From an uncultured Acidobacteriota bacterium (GTDB lineage Bacteria > Acidobacteriota > Terriglobia > UBA7540): DNA of 64,000 bases. Position 1 is the stretch's first letter. Each line of letters opens with the position of its first letter. This document shows positions 61,151 through 64,000 of this stretch, piece after piece. Below the pieces are notes generated by a model. It was not told where the DNA came from. It saw only the letters and a program-made list of their open reading frames with translations, and made no database searches. The position numbers and the translations under genes are program-made. The stretch spans positions 1 to 64,000 of the forward strand of contig CAWDSK010000008.1 of assembly GCA_963804995.1 (NCBI GenBank), given 5' to 3'.

Positions 61151-64000
61151 ATGAGAACTTCCTTTCGCTTGTCGACGGTTCTGTTGACACTCGTTCTATA
61201 TTTTTGTCCGGCATTGCCTGGAAGTGCGCGCAGCGGGGGGCGCGTATCGGGTGCAGATTCGCCTGCCGGAGGTGACCCCGCACCGTCGACAGCCACGATG
61301 GCCATTCCCGGTCCCTTGCGTCCCTTCCTGCGCTTGGCCGCGGTCAGCCAGAAGGTTTCCCTGGACGAAGTTCTGCCCCTCCTGGCCCGCCACGTGGTGA
61401 TGGAAGGGTACGGAGGACAGGAAAGGCCGCACTCACCCACGGAGTATCTGATTCTGGTGAAGCGCTATGTGGAACAGGCGCGGGAATTGCAGGCGCTGGC
61501 GGGCCCCGATGGAGTTATCCGAGTCTCCCAATGCAGCGCAGCGCAGCCGCTTCTGACGGTGATTGGGTACAGGCTGCGGGAGCCCTGCGGGCCCAACACC
61601 TCGCTTGAAACTTCCGATGCCAAGAGGGCCTTCATCACCGTCGACTCCGGTTTCCCTTTGGTCCAACTGGAAAACACGCTCCGCGGAGACAAACCGTTTG
61701 CCTATCCCTTTGGGAGTTCGCAGGTACCGGTACTGTTTAGCCGAGACGAGTGGGCGGCCATGAGCAGGGATAAAGGAAGCAAAGACCTGCTGGACTCGCT
61801 CCTGGGTGATCCAGCCTTGGCCCGGCTCTATTGGGCGTTGGCGAGGATGGATGACAATACCCGAACCTCTCTGAGGCAATCCCCGGGATTAACCGCGCTC
61901 CTGCCCCTTGCTCCCGTCCTCGATTTCTACGGCGAACAACTCCACCTTCACTCCGGGCGTGTTGTCGTGCCGGGTGGACCTTCGGCGGAATCCGCATGGA
62001 AGCAATTGGTGGGGGCCAGCCCCGATTCGCCAGGGGACTTCATACCGAAGCTTCTTGCCAAAGATGAAGGTTGGCTCGCCGTCTATTTTGACGCGCTCTC
62101 CCGGGTCAGCGGATCTCAACAGGCATATTTTACTGAACCTCGCCGTCTGGTTCGATTCTATGAGGCGTTGCGCGGACGTGACCCTTCTCCCGGCCCCGCA
62201 CGACCCGTCTTCCGCCCCGACCCTGCGCTTTTGCTGCTCGTGACGCGGTGCCCTTTGGATGCGAATGGCAAGGCGCATATTGCGGGTAATCTTGACGTGT
62301 GGAGAGAGATTATTCGTGGCGATAAAGAAACCAAGACCGCACGTGATTGGGGCAAACACACCGCCCATATTGACAACGCCGATAGTTTGTTGGAAAGTTT
62401 CGTCGCCCTTTCCCGGGTGAGCTGGGGGAGGGGACCCTTGCAGATCTTCCTTACGGTGAGTGAAATAGAACGCGAACGCTCTTCGGAACAGCCCCTGAGT
62501 CCTGAGACCGTGCGCTTGTTGGCCAAGGACTACGAGGTGCTGAGCGACCAATACCCCGTATTTGCTGAGTTCCACGTCCTCAACGACACGTCCATTACCC
62601 GTTTCATTAATCTTACAGAGGCCCTCGACCAGATTCCAGACGCCTATACGCGAGCTGAGGCCTTGGGCATTCTTCAGGCCAACGTCGGCCTCTGGGAAAT
62701 CCTGGCGCGGCAGGGGCAGATCCCGGTAACGAATTGGAATAACTCGTGGCAGTCGGTCATCCACCCGTTCGGGGATGTCCACACTACACCCCAGCTTTTC
62801 GATGCCACGCGAAGTTCCCTTGCGGAGCTCTTCCGTGCCGCGTCTGGTAAACCCCGGCTTACTCAGGACCAGGTCATACTCTTGCTCGCCGGTCCGAATC
62901 CCACCAACCAGGAAAACTCCGAGATTCGGCAAAAACTCGCCAACCAGATGCGCTCCGTCCTGGAAGCACAGCGGCTTGTTTCCTTCGACACGTTGATGGG
63001 GTTGGGGGATGGCCTGAGTCAGAAGGAGCAAGGAAAACCCTCAGGCGAATCGCTCCTGCCGCTCGCCGAAGAGCTGCGGGAATTTGAAATGCCGAAACCC
63101 GTCTTTACCACGGGTGAGCGAATCGACTGGACGGCTGGACCGTTCTCGGACCCGCACACCCAATCCGAGATGCAAACCAATCTGGCGGAAGTCGTCAAGT
63201 CGCAAGCGTCCGCTCAGGACCTGGCGGCGGCCCGCGGGCGATTGGTGCCCTTCTTGCGCGATTTTCTAGTGGGCCTGAACTACGCCTACTACGAGCCGCC
63301 GGGAGCGGTTATGCTTCACAACAACCCGCTGCTCGTCCGCCGCCATGATTTCTCCGGGGAGATCACCCGGGGAGCGGACCACCCCTGGCGCACCCCGCGT
63401 TTGGTCGGCCGCGGTGATACTTCGGGGGGCGGTGTCCGTCTGGCGGGGGGACTTGTCGGCTTGCCCTATGTACTATCGGAAGTAGAGCAGCAGTTCGTGG
63501 TGCCGGAAAACGTGCAATCCCTGATCTGGGAGGATTTGGTCCCAAGCCTCATGACCAGCGCCGTCTTGGCTCGCTGGTGGCGGGTAACGCGGGATGAACT
63601 CCACGCCGTTACGCTTCTCCAGCGTTTTGGGGAAGAACTGTTGACCGGCGCCTCTACGAATGACGACCTGCGGCAGAAGGTTGTGGGGATCCTTCCTGCC
63701 CGCATGGACCCACGGCGGGTAGAGGAAGTTGAAAAGGGCCTCCGCGCCGGCCATCCCCAAGAGGTCATCTCTCAGGTTACGCCCGCGGAATGCTTCTACC
63801 TGGCCATGGAGTTCCGCCGGGGATTCCCTGCCGAAGCAAATGGCTTGGGCAAAACGGGTCCCGAACTAGCCAGGCTTGCCGAACGCTCCCCCCAGGAAAT
63901 CAACCCGGCGAGGCTCTCGGAGGATTTCGGAGTTCCGCATCCAGCGCTTGCGCAGACCTATCGCCGCGAACTTCTCAACTTGAAGCCCTTTCCAACCTTC
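61151..64000 (+). CDS. Large secreted hypothetical protein (>949 aa), incomplete at the window end
   Basis: ATG 61151 reads MRTSFRLSTVLLTLVLYFCPALPGSA...IPGPLRPFLRLAAVSQKV; the same frame still reads RRELLNLKPFPTF at 63962-64000 and the ORF track lists no terminated ORF in it. Confidence 0.85.
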   Translation, partial: MRTSFRLSTVLLTLVLYFCPALPGSARSGGRVSGADSPAGGDPAPSTATMAIPGPLRPFLRLAAVSQKVSLDEVLPLLARHVVMEGYGGQERPHSPTEYLILVKRYVEQARELQALAGPDGVIRVSQCSAAQPLLTVIGYRLREPCGPNTSLETSDAKRAFITVDSGFPLVQLENTLRGDKPFAYPFGSSQVPVLFSRDEWAAMSRDKGSKDLLDSLLGDPALARLYWALARMDDNTRTSLRQSPGLTALLPLAPVLDFYGEQLHLHSGRVVVPGGPSAESAWKQLVGASPDSPGDFIPKLLAKDEGWLAVYFDALSRVSGSQQAYFTEPRRLVRFYEALRGRDPSPGPARPVFRPDPALLLLVTRCPLDANGKAHIAGNLDVWREIIRGDKETKTARDWGKHTAHIDNADSLLESFVALSRVSWGRGPLQIFLTVSEIERERSSEQPLSPETVRLLAKDYEVLSDQYPVFAEFHVLNDTSITRFINLTEALDQIPDAYTRAEALGILQANVGLWEILARQGQIPVTNWNNSWQSVIHPFGDVHTTPQLFDATRSSLAELFRAASGKPRLTQDQVILLLAGPNPTNQENSEIRQKLANQMRSVLEAQRLVSFDTLMGLGDGLSQKEQGKPSGESLLPLAEELREFEMPKPVFTTGERIDWTAGPFSDPHTQSEMQTNLAEVVKSQASAQDLAAARGRLVPFLRDFLVGLNYAYYEPPGAVMLHNNPLLVRRHDFSGEITRGADHPWRTPRLVGRGDTSGGGVRLAGGLVGLPYVLSEVEQQFVVPENVQSLIWEDLVPSLMTSAVLARWWRVTRDELHAVTLLQRFGEELLTGASTNDDLRQKVVGILPARMDPRRVEEVEKGLRAGHPQEVISQVTPAECFYLAMEFRRGFPAEANGLGKTGPELARLAERSPQEINPARLSEDFGVPHPALAQTYRRELLNLKPFPTF

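Noticed and set aside
61889..63031. 380-aa minus-strand ORF
   Set aside because: Antisense shadow of the open plus-strand gene starting at 61151.

Overview
GC-rich bacterial chromosomal window. Gene content and repeat families look like Acidobacteriota/Terriglobia; this is inference, not a database result. About 16 genes are broken by single-base indels, which most likely reflects long-read assembly error. Layout: (1) 1-8.6 kb, a repeat-dense accessory patch with AT-richer orphan genes, two PD-(D/E)XK-type nuclease candidates, a RelE-type toxin-antitoxin pair and gene fragments, separated by REP-like hairpins and MITEs. (2) 8.7-23.7 kb, housekeeping and carbohydrate genes: thiE, a large TPR protein, rhodanese, CDGSH protein, HemJ-like protein, ferredoxin, NagB-like, PIG-L, a PHP-family hydrolase and a GH29 fucosidase. 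(3) 24-51.5 kb, a Wzx/Wzy exopolysaccharide/capsule locus headed by an atypical LuxR regulator, a PilZ protein and a NusG/UpxY antiterminator. (4) 51.9-54.8 kb, a secreted three-module consensus-like ankyrin protein, followed by an IS3 relic and tRNA-Leu(TAA). (5) Metabolic genes, then a large ORF from 61151 that runs off the window and is missing from the ORF track. The most notable structure is a DUF559 endonuclease gene bracketed by ~75-bp inverted, covarying hairpin repeats that also occur gene-less elsewhere in the window, resembling a RAYT/REP-style system built on a different nuclease. Also notable are REP-bounded orphan-gene cassettes and several MITE shells carrying REP cargo. No CRISPR array or rRNA was found.
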